A DNA stretch of 64,000 nucleotides from Acidobacteriota bacterium (GCA_965217775.1 CBDCJH010000002.1:3424001-3488000), one strand, 5' to 3'; shown: positions 39,516 through 48,307, counted from the first letter of the stretch. Notes: generated by a model not told the origin, from the sequence alone. Numbers and translations are program-made.

Positions 39516-40759
39516 GGGGATTATATACGTAAGTGCCGAGAATTCAGGCTGATGGGTTACAATTCCGACCATGAAAGGCCACGCAACTATCCAGTGCAGA
39601 GCCAAGCTGTCCAAGGGTGGAATCCGGCGGTTGGACGGGGTGAGGTCCATCCTGAATCGGCTGTACAACGCTGCGCTGGAGGAACGCAGGACGGCCTGGG
39701 AATCCGAGCAACGCGGCGTGACCCTGTACGATCAGATGAAGGGGTTGACCTCCCGGAGGAAGGACGATCCGGAGGGGCTCGGGTCGGTGGCGGTCAAGGC
39801 GGAGCGTGGGATGTTGATGCGGTTGGACCGGGCCTTCAAGGCGTTCTTCCGTCGCTGCAAGGTGGGGGAGAAGCCGGGGTATCCTCGATTCCGGCCCATT
39901 GCGAGGATGGAGACCATCGACGTCGTCGACCCCAAAGCGACCCTGGTGAAGAAGCGCGCTCGGGGCTACGCCATCCGGCCCAAGGGCTTCCCGACGATCC
40001 GGATCTTTCCGTCCCGGCCGTTGCCGGACGGATGCCCGTTGAAAGCGTTGCGGATTGTCCGCAAGCCGAACCGGGTGTATGTGGACCTGACCTACGAGGT
40101 GGAGAAGCCGCCGCTACCGAAATGCGAGTCTTCGGTAGGGATCGACCTGGGCGTCCGCAAGCGAGCGGTGCTGTCCACGGGTGAGAGGATCGAACGGAAT
40201 AGACGGGACTGGGCGGGGATCCGAAAGCAGCAGAGAAAGGTCTCCAGGTGCAAGAAGATTTCCAAGACCAGACGGAAGCGGATCGTACAGCTATCTCGGC
40301 TCCGTCACCGGGAATCGGTCCGAAACCGTAATGCCTGCCATCGTCTCTCCAGCAGGATCATTCGTGAGCATGGTCTGATCGCTGTGGAGAAGCTGAACAT
40401 CCAAGGGATGGTAACGAAGGGCTCGAAGAAGAAGGGGCTGAATCGAGAAATAATGACGCAATCCTGGGGGCTTCTGCGGAATCAACTCCAGTACAAGGCA
40501 GAATGGGCCGGTCGGGAGTTCGTAGAAGTGAATCCCGCATATACATCGCAGGACTGCCACCGGTGCGGCGCCCGCCACGATCCAGGGCGGAGCGAAACCT
40601 TCCGGTGCAGGGCCTGCGGACTTGGAATGGACAGGGACCACAATGCCGCCCTGAACATTCTCAGGGCTGGGGTTCTTGCCCTGGGCACCGGAACGTATCT
40701 CGTTGGGGAAAGCGTGGTGCCAGAACTGTATGCCAAGGGCACTTAGGTATATAAGCCCC
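39516..40759 (+). mobile_element. Non-autonomous TIR element (IS1595-like ends) carrying only tnpB
   Basis: TIR-L GGGGATTATATACGTAAGTGCC (39516-39537) and TIR-R GGCACTTAGGTATATAAGCCCC (40738-40759) match 20/22; TSD AAACAGTT at 39508-39515 and 40760-40767. Confidence 0.9.
39571..40746 (+). CDS. tnpB: RNA-guided endonuclease TnpB
   Basis: LYNAALEER, GYPRF, RuvC-I GIDLG, RuvC-II AVEKL, YTSQ-CxxC..CxxC zinc finger, RuvC-III DRDHNAALNI; TACAAT 7 nt upstream of the ATG. Confidence 0.93.
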   Translation: MKGHATIQCRAKLSKGGIRRLDGVRSILNRLYNAALEERRTAWESEQRGVTLYDQMKGLTSRRKDDPEGLGSVAVKAERGMLMRLDRAFKAFFRRCKVGEKPGYPRFRPIARMETIDVVDPKATLVKKRARGYAIRPKGFPTIRIFPSRPLPDGCPLKALRIVRKPNRVYVDLTYEVEKPPLPKCESSVGIDLGVRKRAVLSTGERIERNRRDWAGIRKQQRKVSRCKKISKTRRKRIVQLSRLRHRESVRNRNACHRLSSRIIREHGLIAVEKLNIQGMVTKGSKKKGLNREIMTQSWGLLRNQLQYKAEWAGREFVEVNPAYTSQDCHRCGARHDPGRSETFRCRACGLGMDRDHNAALNILRAGVLALGTGTYLVGESVVPELYAKGT

Positions 40760-40791
40760 AAACAGTTCCTGACGGGTGAACCCGCCGATCC

Positions 40792-40989
40792 TTACGGACG
40801 TTTTTTCGGAGGTCGGCCAGACGATTTTATTCCAAAGTCGAGTTTCGCCATCTGTTCGATGACTGCGCGCGCCCTTTTACTGCGGAGCAACTCATCTGCC
40901 TTGACGTACAGCCGGCCTTTTGGCGTCACGTACACGGGGGGACGCTCCCGCTCAGTTGACGGACGTTTTTTCGGCGACACATTCTTCAT
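40792..40989 (-). CDS. Small basic hypothetical protein, probably once co-transcribed with 38458..39504
   Basis: SD AAGGAG before ATG; stop lies ~35 nt upstream of the membrane-protein start in the reconstructed empty site. Confidence 0.55.
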   Translation of the reverse strand: MKNVSPKKRPSTERERPPVYVTPKGRLYVKADELLRSKRARAVIEQMAKLDFGIKSSGRPPKKRP

Positions 40990-41172
40990 GGTGTCTCCTT
41001 TACTTGTAACGCGTGGAACTCAGCATACACGACTATGTCGCTTCCGCATTTGGGGCGGACCATGCGCATCCGAGAGAAAAACGGGCAACAGAGGGAGGGC
41101 TCCGACATCACCAGGCGTCGAAGAGAGTGCATCCCCGGACCCGGTACGATACGGGATCTTGGCCCCGAACCG

Positions 41173-42099
41173 TCACCGTAACAGATAGGCCATGGCCAAG
41201 CCGACCTGGGCCATCACGGTCAGGAGATACATCTGCCGCCAACTGGGATGGTTCTCCCAGTCCATTGTCCCTTCCCGCTCCCGAGAGGACCGGACGAGCA
41301 GGAGGATGATGCGGCCGCCCCAACCGGCGAGAAACAGCCCCAGGCCGACCAGCAGCGACGGTTGTCCGGACAGGAGGCCGAAGACTGCGCCGGGGACGAT
41401 GGCCAGAAAGGGCAGGACGAAGAAAGGCGCAATGATCCGGATCGACCGGTGCACGCCATAGATGACGGGAAGCGTCCGGCAGCCGCCCCGGCGGTCCCCC
41501 TCCACGTCGGAGAAGTCCTTGGTGGTGACGGCCCCCAGGAAATAGACTCCCAGGATCGCACCGAGAACCCAGGGCTCCGGCTGCAGCACATGTTTCACGG
41601 TGGACCAACCGGCCACCGGGAGCAGCGTTCCCCGGACCACGGCGATGGTGAGATTGGCCCAGATGCCGCGGGACTTGGTCCGAATCGGAGGCACCGAGTA
41701 AAGAAAGGTTCCCAGGGTGCCTCCCAGAACGACGAGAAAGCACTGAAAATTGATCCAGACGGCCAGCAGCAGGGCGATGACCAGGAAGGCCAGACTGAGG
41801 CACCAGGCTTCCGGCTTGGAGATGCGGCCCGACGGCAGCAGGCGGCGAGGCTTGTTGATCCGGTCGATCTCCAGGTCGAAGATCTGGTTGAGTCCGTTGG
41901 AAAAGGCGTTCAGCGCGGCCGCCAGAACGGCTCCGGCCAAGATCCGCAGAAAGATTCCCTCGCTCCCCGGACTCCAGTCGGAAACCCCTTTCGGATCTGC
42001 AGAGAGTCCCATGAGGGCGCCGCAGACCATTCCCAGCGCCGGCACCAGCAGGGTGAAGGGACGAATGAACCGGAAGTAACGGACGATAGGTTCAGGCAT
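41173..42099 (-). CDS. UbiA-superfamily prenyltransferase (DGGGP/chlorophyll-synthase-like)
   Basis: IRPFT, NQIFDLEIDRINKP.R.LPSG, YSVPP, KDFSDVEGD. Confidence 0.85.
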   Translation of the reverse strand: MPEPIVRYFRFIRPFTLLVPALGMVCGALMGLSADPKGVSDWSPGSEGIFLRILAGAVLAAALNAFSNGLNQIFDLEIDRINKPRRLLPSGRISKPEAWCLSLAFLVIALLLAVWINFQCFLVVLGGTLGTFLYSVPPIRTKSRGIWANLTIAVVRGTLLPVAGWSTVKHVLQPEPWVLGAILGVYFLGAVTTKDFSDVEGDRRGGCRTLPVIYGVHRSIRIIAPFFVLPFLAIVPGAVFGLLSGQPSLLVGLGLFLAGWGGRIILLLVRSSREREGTMDWENHPSWRQMYLLTVMAQVGLAMAYLLR

Positions 42100-42192
42100 G
42101 ACGCGGCGGGTGCTCTACTTCGAAGCCCGGATGGCACGGGCAACCGGCAGCGATTCCGTGCCGTCGTGAGTCCATCCGCGCCGATCCATTTC

Positions 42193-43524
42193 TCAAGGAG
42201 TCGCCGGGGAACACAAAACGATCCAGATTCCGCCGCTGGCGCAGGCTCCCGCCAACGTATTGTACAAGTTGAGCACCTGGTGCCGGCCCGGGGCGTCCCG
42301 CCCGGCGCCGGCCAGCCAGGACTCGACTCCATTCCCCGCAATGGCTCCGGCCGCCAACGCCGGCAGTGCCGACGCGGGGATCCAGCTCCACAGGACCGGA
42401 ACCGACGAGACCGCCAGGGCCGCAACCGATCCGGCCAGCGTGCCCGCAAGTGAAACGGCGCCGGGAGTCCCCACCGGAACCGGATTGAAGGAGCGGAGAT
42501 CCCTGGGAGCCTTTCCCAACCACTGCCCGATCTCGGTGGCGACCGTGTCCAGGGTGGCGGCGGCCAGGGCGCCGGTGTAGGCCACCCGCGCCACCGTGCT
42601 GTCGGTCCAGAAAAACAGCAGCGCCAGGATGCCCGCGACCAGTCCCTTGGACAGAACATTGGCCACGCCTCTCCGTCCGAGATTCTCTTCCGCGACTCCC
42701 AGAGCCTCCTTCCGTCCCTTCCCCAACCAGGTGCTGAACCCGCCCAGGAAGAAAAAGAGGCAGAGGACGGCATAGCCCGCGGGTCCCGCCGACAGATAGA
42801 CGCCGATCCCCAGGACCAGGCCGGCGGCGGCGCCGCGCCAGGAGATCCAACCCACCATCACGCTGAGGCCGGCCAGGAGGAAGTTGATTCCAACCGCGTG
42901 GGACCAGGGCCCGGCCAGCTCGGGAATCAGATCGGGCGCGCCCATTAGCAGCGGGAAGATCCCGGCGCCGACCACCACGATGACCAGATTGTCGTCCACC
43001 AGGTTCGGCAGCGACTCGGCCAAGGCGCAGACCAGAGCACCCAAAAGACAGCAGGCTGCCAGCTTGAGATTGGAACTTCCGTCCGATTCCGGCAGGTTCC
43101 AGACCAGGAGTGCCCAGGACCCCACGGCCGCCGCCAGGAAGAAGCCGATGGAGCCGCCCAGGCTCTTCTCACGATTGTAGGGGAGTGGGACCCAGGGCCA
43201 CCGCCGTCCCGCCAAGTTGGAAACCGAGTCTCCCACCGCCAGTACGGCCCAGACCGCCGCCGCGACGTGAAGGCGCTCGCGAAACAGGAGCAGCAGCAGC
43301 ATGATTCCGAAGGCGTAGTAGAGCTTGCCGGGGGAGAATCCCGCTTCCCGTTCCGAATCCCGCGTCGTCACCCGGATCCAACGAGGGGAGATGAACGCAG
43401 CGTAGAAAAACGAAAAGAGACTCAGGAGAAGGATCAGCCCGTAGTCCACGTAGGGAAGGAGAAAGGCGAAGGACAGGGGCAGCACATGTTCCAGTTGCCT
43501 CAGGTCCTCACTTCTTTCCCTCAT
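42193..43524 (-). CDS. Phytol/dolichol kinase-like CTP-transferase domain fused to DUF92
   Basis: R...H, GDSVSNLAG, KS..GS, AES...DDN (kinase); GRRG..NV, DTVATEIG, VPVGTPGAVS..GT (DUF92); ATGA overlap with upstream gene. Confidence 0.8.
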   Translation of the reverse strand: MRERSEDLRQLEHVLPLSFAFLLPYVDYGLILLLSLFSFFYAAFISPRWIRVTTRDSEREAGFSPGKLYYAFGIMLLLLLFRERLHVAAAVWAVLAVGDSVSNLAGRRWPWVPLPYNREKSLGGSIGFFLAAAVGSWALLVWNLPESDGSSNLKLAACCLLGALVCALAESLPNLVDDNLVIVVVGAGIFPLLMGAPDLIPELAGPWSHAVGINFLLAGLSVMVGWISWRGAAAGLVLGIGVYLSAGPAGYAVLCLFFFLGGFSTWLGKGRKEALGVAEENLGRRGVANVLSKGLVAGILALLFFWTDSTVARVAYTGALAAATLDTVATEIGQWLGKAPRDLRSFNPVPVGTPGAVSLAGTLAGSVAALAVSSVPVLWSWIPASALPALAAGAIAGNGVESWLAGAGRDAPGRHQVLNLYNTLAGACASGGIWIVLCSPATP

Positions 43525-44444
43525 GACCCCAGCCACCGGTTCGTGCGGCTCAGGCCCTCCTCCAGGGAGCGGGCCGAGTAGCCCAGATGGGTGCGGGCCT
43601 TGCCCGAGGAGAACCGCCAGTTCCGGAGAAAGAACTCGGCGGTCGAGGGGACCAGCAACGGCGACGTCCCCCGCAGTCGCGCGCTCCAATCCTCCAAGCG
43701 GGCACCGGCGCGAAACAGCCGATCCGGGAGACCCAGGGGAACGATCGGTACGTCTGCGACCCTCCGGAAGGTCGCATATAGATCCCGGAGCGTCCGGTTT
43801 TCGCCTCCCAGGACGAAGTCCTCTCCGGGGTCGGCACCCAGACATCGAACCAGGCCCTCGGCGACGTCGTCCACGTAGACGAAGTTCCAGCAGGGGGCCC
43901 CGCGACCGGGCAGTGCCGCCACGCGCAGTTTCTTCCACCGCCGAAGGAGACGCACCAGCAGGTTTCCTTCCGTCATCGGCCCGGGGCCGTACACGACGGT
44001 GGGAAAGACCGTGTTCATGGGAAGCCGTTCCTTCCACCGGCTGGCCAGTCGAAAAGCCTCGTATTTGCTCTGGTCGTACCCGTGGAAGAATCGGGTCCTG
44101 TCCGGTATCCGTTCCTCGGTATGGGGCCCGTCGCCGCTGGGGCCGAAAATGGTGAACGAGGAGACATGGACCATCCTGGCAACCCGGTGGCGCCGAGCCA
44201 GCTCCAGGACGTTTCTCAACCCGTCCACGTTGACCCGAAGGAAGGGGCCGGGCCGGGACTGGACCAGGGCGGCCAGATGGAATACGGCCTCAGCGTCCCG
44301 GAAGCTGGGTTCCAAGGTCCGGATGCGGGTCACGTCCTGGCCCCGGGAGCGCGAAGCGACGGTGACATCGTGCCCTCGCTCCCGGAGCCGGCGCACCAGG
44401 ACACTCCCCAGGAAGCCTGTCCCGCCCGTGACCAGGCATCTCAT
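43521..44444 (-). CDS. Extended SDR NAD-dependent epimerase/reductase (HpnA/farnesol-dehydrogenase-like)
   Basis: TGGTGFLG, FHLAA, YDQSK, VYGPG, YVDDVA. Confidence 0.85.
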   Translation of the reverse strand: MRCLVTGGTGFLGSVLVRRLRERGHDVTVASRSRGQDVTRIRTLEPSFRDAEAVFHLAALVQSRPGPFLRVNVDGLRNVLELARRHRVARMVHVSSFTIFGPSGDGPHTEERIPDRTRFFHGYDQSKYEAFRLASRWKERLPMNTVFPTVVYGPGPMTEGNLLVRLLRRWKKLRVAALPGRGAPCWNFVYVDDVAEGLVRCLGADPGEDFVLGGENRTLRDLYATFRRVADVPIVPLGLPDRLFRAGARLEDWSARLRGTSPLLVPSTAEFFLRNWRFSSGKARTHLGYSARSLEEGLSRTNRWLGS

Positions 44445-46423
44445 GGCGATTCGAATGACCAGGCCCGGCCGTCCAGGGGCTCAGGATCTTCGACCTGAAA
44501 CAACCGGTACAGCGTCGGCGCCACGTCCATGATGTGCGGATTCTCCGTAACGATAGTGCGATTTGAGACCGCGAAACCCGCGGTGTCCGAAAAATCGGAA
44601 GCACAGTGGTCGCCGCTCCATTTCCTGAGGTTGGCGACGAGGACGTGTTCCGGCACCGCACCCAGGGCCGTCTGCCACGAAGTCCGGTAACCGGAGCGGA
44701 AGCTGAGCTGGATGTCTCCGGCATGCTCGATTTCTTCACCCGAGTAGATCTCGTCCCTGAAATAAGCGTTCTGCAGCACCGGTTCTCCGGTTTCAGGGTC
44801 CCGATACTCGAGAATATCCCGAGAGATTTCCCGTACCAGATCCATATAATCGCGGCCGGGTTCGACGATTCCCTGACCCTCCCGCCCCTTCAGGTTCACG
44901 TAGATATGGCCGAGACCCAGGGCATATGCTTGGGTCCGGTTCCAGTCCACGTTGGGGAAGAAGCTCCCGCCGCGATAGACCTGCTCCATCCGCTTGAGAT
45001 CAGTGTCGGCCCGCACGCCTTTGAGAACCAGGAAACCATTCTCCAGGAGCCAGGTGTTGGTATTGAATTCCTTGCGCCAGGAGTGAAACCCATGATCGGA
45101 AACGACCAGCAGCAGATCCTGGGGATCCAGGTGCTTCAAGACTCGGGAGAGGATGGAGTCCATTTTCCGGTAGACATTCAACAGGGATCTGCCGTAGCCC
45201 TGAGCGGCCTCCGGGTCGTAACGGGGATGATGGGGGTCGATGAAGCGGTAGAACATGTGGGCGGCGCTGTCGGTGGCCGTGAAGACGGCCGTGAACAGGG
45301 ACGCCTTACCGCGTTCCAGCTCGTGCATCAGGAGCCGCTCCAAATGGTTCATGTTGCGGAAGAGGTCCTCCAGAAAGACCTGCTCGTTGATCTGCTCCTC
45401 GTTGAGGCCCCAGGTTTCATGGATCCAACCCAGGGTCTTGAACGGGGCGAGCCGGGCAACCAGGTCTTCCGAGTAATCGGCCGGACTCGATAGCGGCAGG
45501 ATCGGACCGGCCGGATCGAGGCCGATGGGCATCAGGTAGAGCCTCACTTCGGGAAACGTCTCCAGCACGTAGAAGCGGCTGATTCCGCGGATCTTGACCA
45601 GGGGCCCCGCGGAGAAGACGAAGCGGAACCAGTCGCTCCACTGTCCCTCGTCGATCTCCTCTTCCTGATCCTGGAGCCTGAGCGTCACGGTAGTCGACTG
45701 GGGGTCCAACTCCACGGACAGCGGGATCGTCAGCCGAACCAGTTCTTCCTCTCTGGGGTCGCCGGGTCCGTCGATCTGCGCTTGAAAACGGCCGTCTTCC
45801 CCTTCCAGGCGGATCACCCGGCCGCCGAACTCCGTATCCTGCAGATCCCAGCGGCTGACGTCCGTGGAAAAATAGAAGTAGGTGCCCCAGGTTCCCCGAA
45901 CGTCGGGCACACCCAGCCCCGAAAGTGTGGTCCCGTGAACCAGAGGACGCGCCGGGAACTCCAGGGGAAGCCGGAGATTGGCGGTGACGATGCCGGCCCG
46001 GTCCAGTTGCTCCCAGAAGGGGACGCCCTTGCGGTTGTTGGTCAATCGGGGCCCGCGGATGGGGATGGTCTTGAACAGGAAACGAGGTTTTTCCACCTTC
46101 ACCAGTCCGATGTCGGGCATGTAGGTGGCGGGGTCACGCCGGAGGAAGTCGAAGATTCCGTGCCGTCCCGGATTGAGTCCGGTGGCGAAGCTGGCCCAGG
46201 CCACGGGGGATTCCGGGGGGTTGGTGGTGCCCAGGGTCGATCGGGTCCCCTGTTCTCCGAGGCGGCGGATGGTGGGAAGCTCTTCGATCCATCGATCCAC
46301 CAGATCGGGGTCCACGCCGTCGAAGCCCAAGACCACGACCTTGAAGCCGGGACGCCTGGGGGCGGGCGCACAAAAGGAGCCCAGCAGGACGATCAGAGTG
46401 AGTACCAGCCGAGGTAAGATCAC
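44441..46423 (-). CDS. Exported AlkP-superfamily phosphodiesterase/nucleotide pyrophosphatase
   Basis: LGFDG, SPVAWASFATG.NPG.HGIFDF, VSDHGF, SGDH; GTGA overlap with upstream gene. Confidence 0.85.
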   Translation of the reverse strand: MILPRLVLTLIVLLGSFCAPAPRRPGFKVVVLGFDGVDPDLVDRWIEELPTIRRLGEQGTRSTLGTTNPPESPVAWASFATGLNPGRHGIFDFLRRDPATYMPDIGLVKVEKPRFLFKTIPIRGPRLTNNRKGVPFWEQLDRAGIVTANLRLPLEFPARPLVHGTTLSGLGVPDVRGTWGTYFYFSTDVSRWDLQDTEFGGRVIRLEGEDGRFQAQIDGPGDPREEELVRLTIPLSVELDPQSTTVTLRLQDQEEEIDEGQWSDWFRFVFSAGPLVKIRGISRFYVLETFPEVRLYLMPIGLDPAGPILPLSSPADYSEDLVARLAPFKTLGWIHETWGLNEEQINEQVFLEDLFRNMNHLERLLMHELERGKASLFTAVFTATDSAAHMFYRFIDPHHPRYDPEAAQGYGRSLLNVYRKMDSILSRVLKHLDPQDLLLVVSDHGFHSWRKEFNTNTWLLENGFLVLKGVRADTDLKRMEQVYRGGSFFPNVDWNRTQAYALGLGHIYVNLKGREGQGIVEPGRDYMDLVREISRDILEYRDPETGEPVLQNAYFRDEIYSGEEIEHAGDIQLSFRSGYRTSWQTALGAVPEHVLVANLRKWSGDHCASDFSDTAGFAVSNRTIVTENPHIMDVAPTLYRLFQVEDPEPLDGRAWSFESP

Positions 46424-46746
46424 TCCCGATTCTCCAGACTGCCGTGGATGACCCCCAAGTCTCGTTTCAGATCGTCGAGGTCGTATTGGGCCGATACCTT
46501 CCTGGCACGGGCATACTCGATCATTTCCCACAACGAGACTCCGGCATCCCGAGCAGCTCGTGCCAGCGTGACCCTCCCCTCACCGTACTGACGGACGTAG
46601 TGCTCCAGCTTCCAGTGCCGGATGCCTCTCGACAGCAGCCGGCGCACTGTCGTCGAGCGATCAGACTGTTCGACGTCTTCGATGATTTCCAGTTCGCGGA
46701 CCAACTCCGAGGGAAGTCGGGCACCCACCATGTATTCCTTTCTCAT
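46420..46746 (-). CDS. UPF0175-like antitoxin with N-terminal RHH-type domain
   Basis: RL...L..E..DRST.VR.LL then Y..G.VTL.RAA..AGVS. Confidence 0.75.
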   Translation of the reverse strand: MRKEYMVGARLPSELVRELEIIEDVEQSDRSTTVRRLLSRGIRHWKLEHYVRQYGEGRVTLARAARDAGVSLWEMIEYARARKVSAQYDLDDLKRDLGVIHGSLENRE

Positions 46747-47288
46747 CTCGTCGCCTCCCGGTGGCGTCGCGCAAGCACCAGCAACTCCGCTACAACGGCT
46801 GGGGAAAGCCAAATAATCTGGCTGAGATCCCGCAGCATGGACTCCAATTCATCCAGATCGACCAGGTTTTGCAAGTACGCTTCCAACAAAACGGCGGCCG
46901 TGCCCAAGTGTTCCACCCCGGCAGTCGCTGCGACGCCGCGAGCCGCCTTGTCGTCCACGATCAGTCGTACGCACCGGACACTCGCCAGAGCGATGGACTC
47001 AGCCTCGCCCGAGTCCAGCCGAGATCGTTCCGTAAGGCGTTGCATCAGGTCACGCTCTTGACCCGTCAACTGAACCACCTGCAAAAAACCGTTTTCCAAG
47101 GCGGCCTCAAGCTGTTCCACACCCGACGCACGAATCGCTATGCCCGCATCGACTGTTTCCTCCTTCACGACAGGCCCGATCAGCACCTTAACGTAGAGGC
47201 GGTTCAGAAGCCTCAATTGCCGCAGTTTGGCGAAAGCAATCAACGGAGACGCATCCGCGATGATTGACCGGTCCCCCTCAGTCACCAT
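46743..47288 (-). CDS. PIN-domain toxin (DUF3368 family)
   Basis: IIADASPLI, LDSGEAESIALA, LIVDD..AR..A, GT..VL. Confidence 0.85.
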   Translation of the reverse strand: MVTEGDRSIIADASPLIAFAKLRQLRLLNRLYVKVLIGPVVKEETVDAGIAIRASGVEQLEAALENGFLQVVQLTGQERDLMQRLTERSRLDSGEAESIALASVRCVRLIVDDKAARGVAATAGVEHLGTAAVLLEAYLQNLVDLDELESMLRDLSQIIWLSPAVVAELLVLARRHREATR

Positions 47289-47304
47289 TCGATCACCTCT
47301 ACGT

Positions 47305-47325
47305 TAACAAAATATTCTATTGTTA
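47305..47325 (-). promoter_or_regulatory. Palindromic operator TAACAA-N9-TTGTTA enclosing a minus-strand -10 (TAGAAT) upstream of the TA pair
   Basis: AT-rich inverted repeat 16 nt upstream of the toxin start. Confidence 0.5.
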
Positions 47326-47442
47326 TCAGTATGATCTCGAACACTGGAGGCATCACCCAAACGGGAGCCGGGACGCGATTTTCCGCTGCTCTTCAAGAGG
47401 AAAATGAGGAACTCGCCATGGCCCCGATATCGGGTCCGTTCG

Positions 47443-47471
47443 TTGACACCATTCGGGCCCTTCACTAAGAT
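47443..47471 (+). promoter_or_regulatory. Sigma70 promoter for nuoJ-N
   Basis: TTGACA-17 nt-TAAGAT. Confidence 0.65.
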
Positions 47472-47499
47472 TCATTCTCCGCAAACGGGGGAGCCAAGT

Positions 47500-47997
47500 G
47501 TGGAGCAGATCGTCTTTTACGTTTTTGCAGCCGTAGCCGTCGGCTCCGCTCTCCTGGTGGTTCTCCAGCAGCGCGCCGTGTACAGCGCATTCTCCCTGAT
47601 CGTCTGCTTCGGTGCATTGGCCGTCCTCTACTTTCAGTTGGGAGCCGCCCTCGTCGCCGCTCTGCAGGTCATCGTCTACGCCGGCGCCATCATGGTCCTG
47701 TTCCTGTTCGTGATCATGCTTCTGGACCCGAAGTCGGAGAGGTTCGGTCCCGACCGGTTCAAGAAGACGGCCTTGGCCGCGTTGCCCGCGGCCGCCTTTC
47801 TGGCGTTTGTTCTGCTTCGCGTCTTCCCGGCGTGGACTCCCCGCGGATCAGGCGACCCGCTCGGATCAGGCGATGGTCCGAAGAGGATCGCCCAGATTCT
47901 CTTCCAGGACTATCTGCTGCCCTTCGAGGTCACGTCCATCCTGATTCTGGTGGCCATTCTGGGCGCCGTCGTCCTGGTCAAGCATCGCCCCGAATGA
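47500..47997 (+). CDS. nuoJ: NADH-quinone oxidoreductase subunit J
   Basis: QVIVYAGAIMVLFLFVIM, PFE..S. Confidence 0.93.
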   Translation: MEQIVFYVFAAVAVGSALLVVLQQRAVYSAFSLIVCFGALAVLYFQLGAALVAALQVIVYAGAIMVLFLFVIMLLDPKSERFGPDRFKKTALAALPAAAFLAFVLLRVFPAWTPRGSGDPLGSGDGPKRIAQILFQDYLLPFEVTSILILVAILGAVVLVKHRPE

Positions 47998-48305
47998 TGG
48001 GTATGGTCCCTGCCACTCACTACCTGGCGCTGGGCGCGGTTCTCTTCGTCATCGGCGTCGCCGGCTTCATCGTCAGACGCAACGTCATCACCATGTTCAT
48101 GTCGGTGGAACTGATGCTCAACGCCGTCAACCTCACGTTTCTGGCCTACGCGCGGACCTGGAGCCAAGTGGACGCCCACATCTTCGTCTTCTTCGTCATG
48201 ACCGTGGCCGCGGCGGAGGCGGCGGTGGGTCTGGCGCTGATCCTGGGTCTCGACCGGCACTCCCAGACCCTGGACATCGACTCCGTCAACAGGCTTCAGG
48301 GCTGA
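47997..48305 (+). CDS. nuoK: NADH-quinone oxidoreductase subunit K
   Basis: RRN, ELMLNAVN, VAAAEAAVGLA. Confidence 0.93.
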   Translation: MGMVPATHYLALGAVLFVIGVAGFIVRRNVITMFMSVELMLNAVNLTFLAYARTWSQVDAHIFVFFVMTVAAAEAAVGLALILGLDRHSQTLDIDSVNRLQG

Positions 48306-48307
48306 CC

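Noticed and set aside
39501-40739. CCAAGGG both left of the TSD and just inside the right TIR
   Set aside because: A 7-bp match compatible with chance; the 8-bp TSD and TIRs define the boundaries better
39400-41170. CRISPR array near TnpB (Cas12f-like system) or an adjacent tnpA
   Set aside because: No regularly spaced repeats and no Y1 or serine transposase ORF nearby
42193-44037. 614-aa version of the DUF92 protein
   Set aside because: The N-terminal ~170 aa overlap the SDR gene out of frame; ATG 43524 with an ATGA overlap is the plausible start
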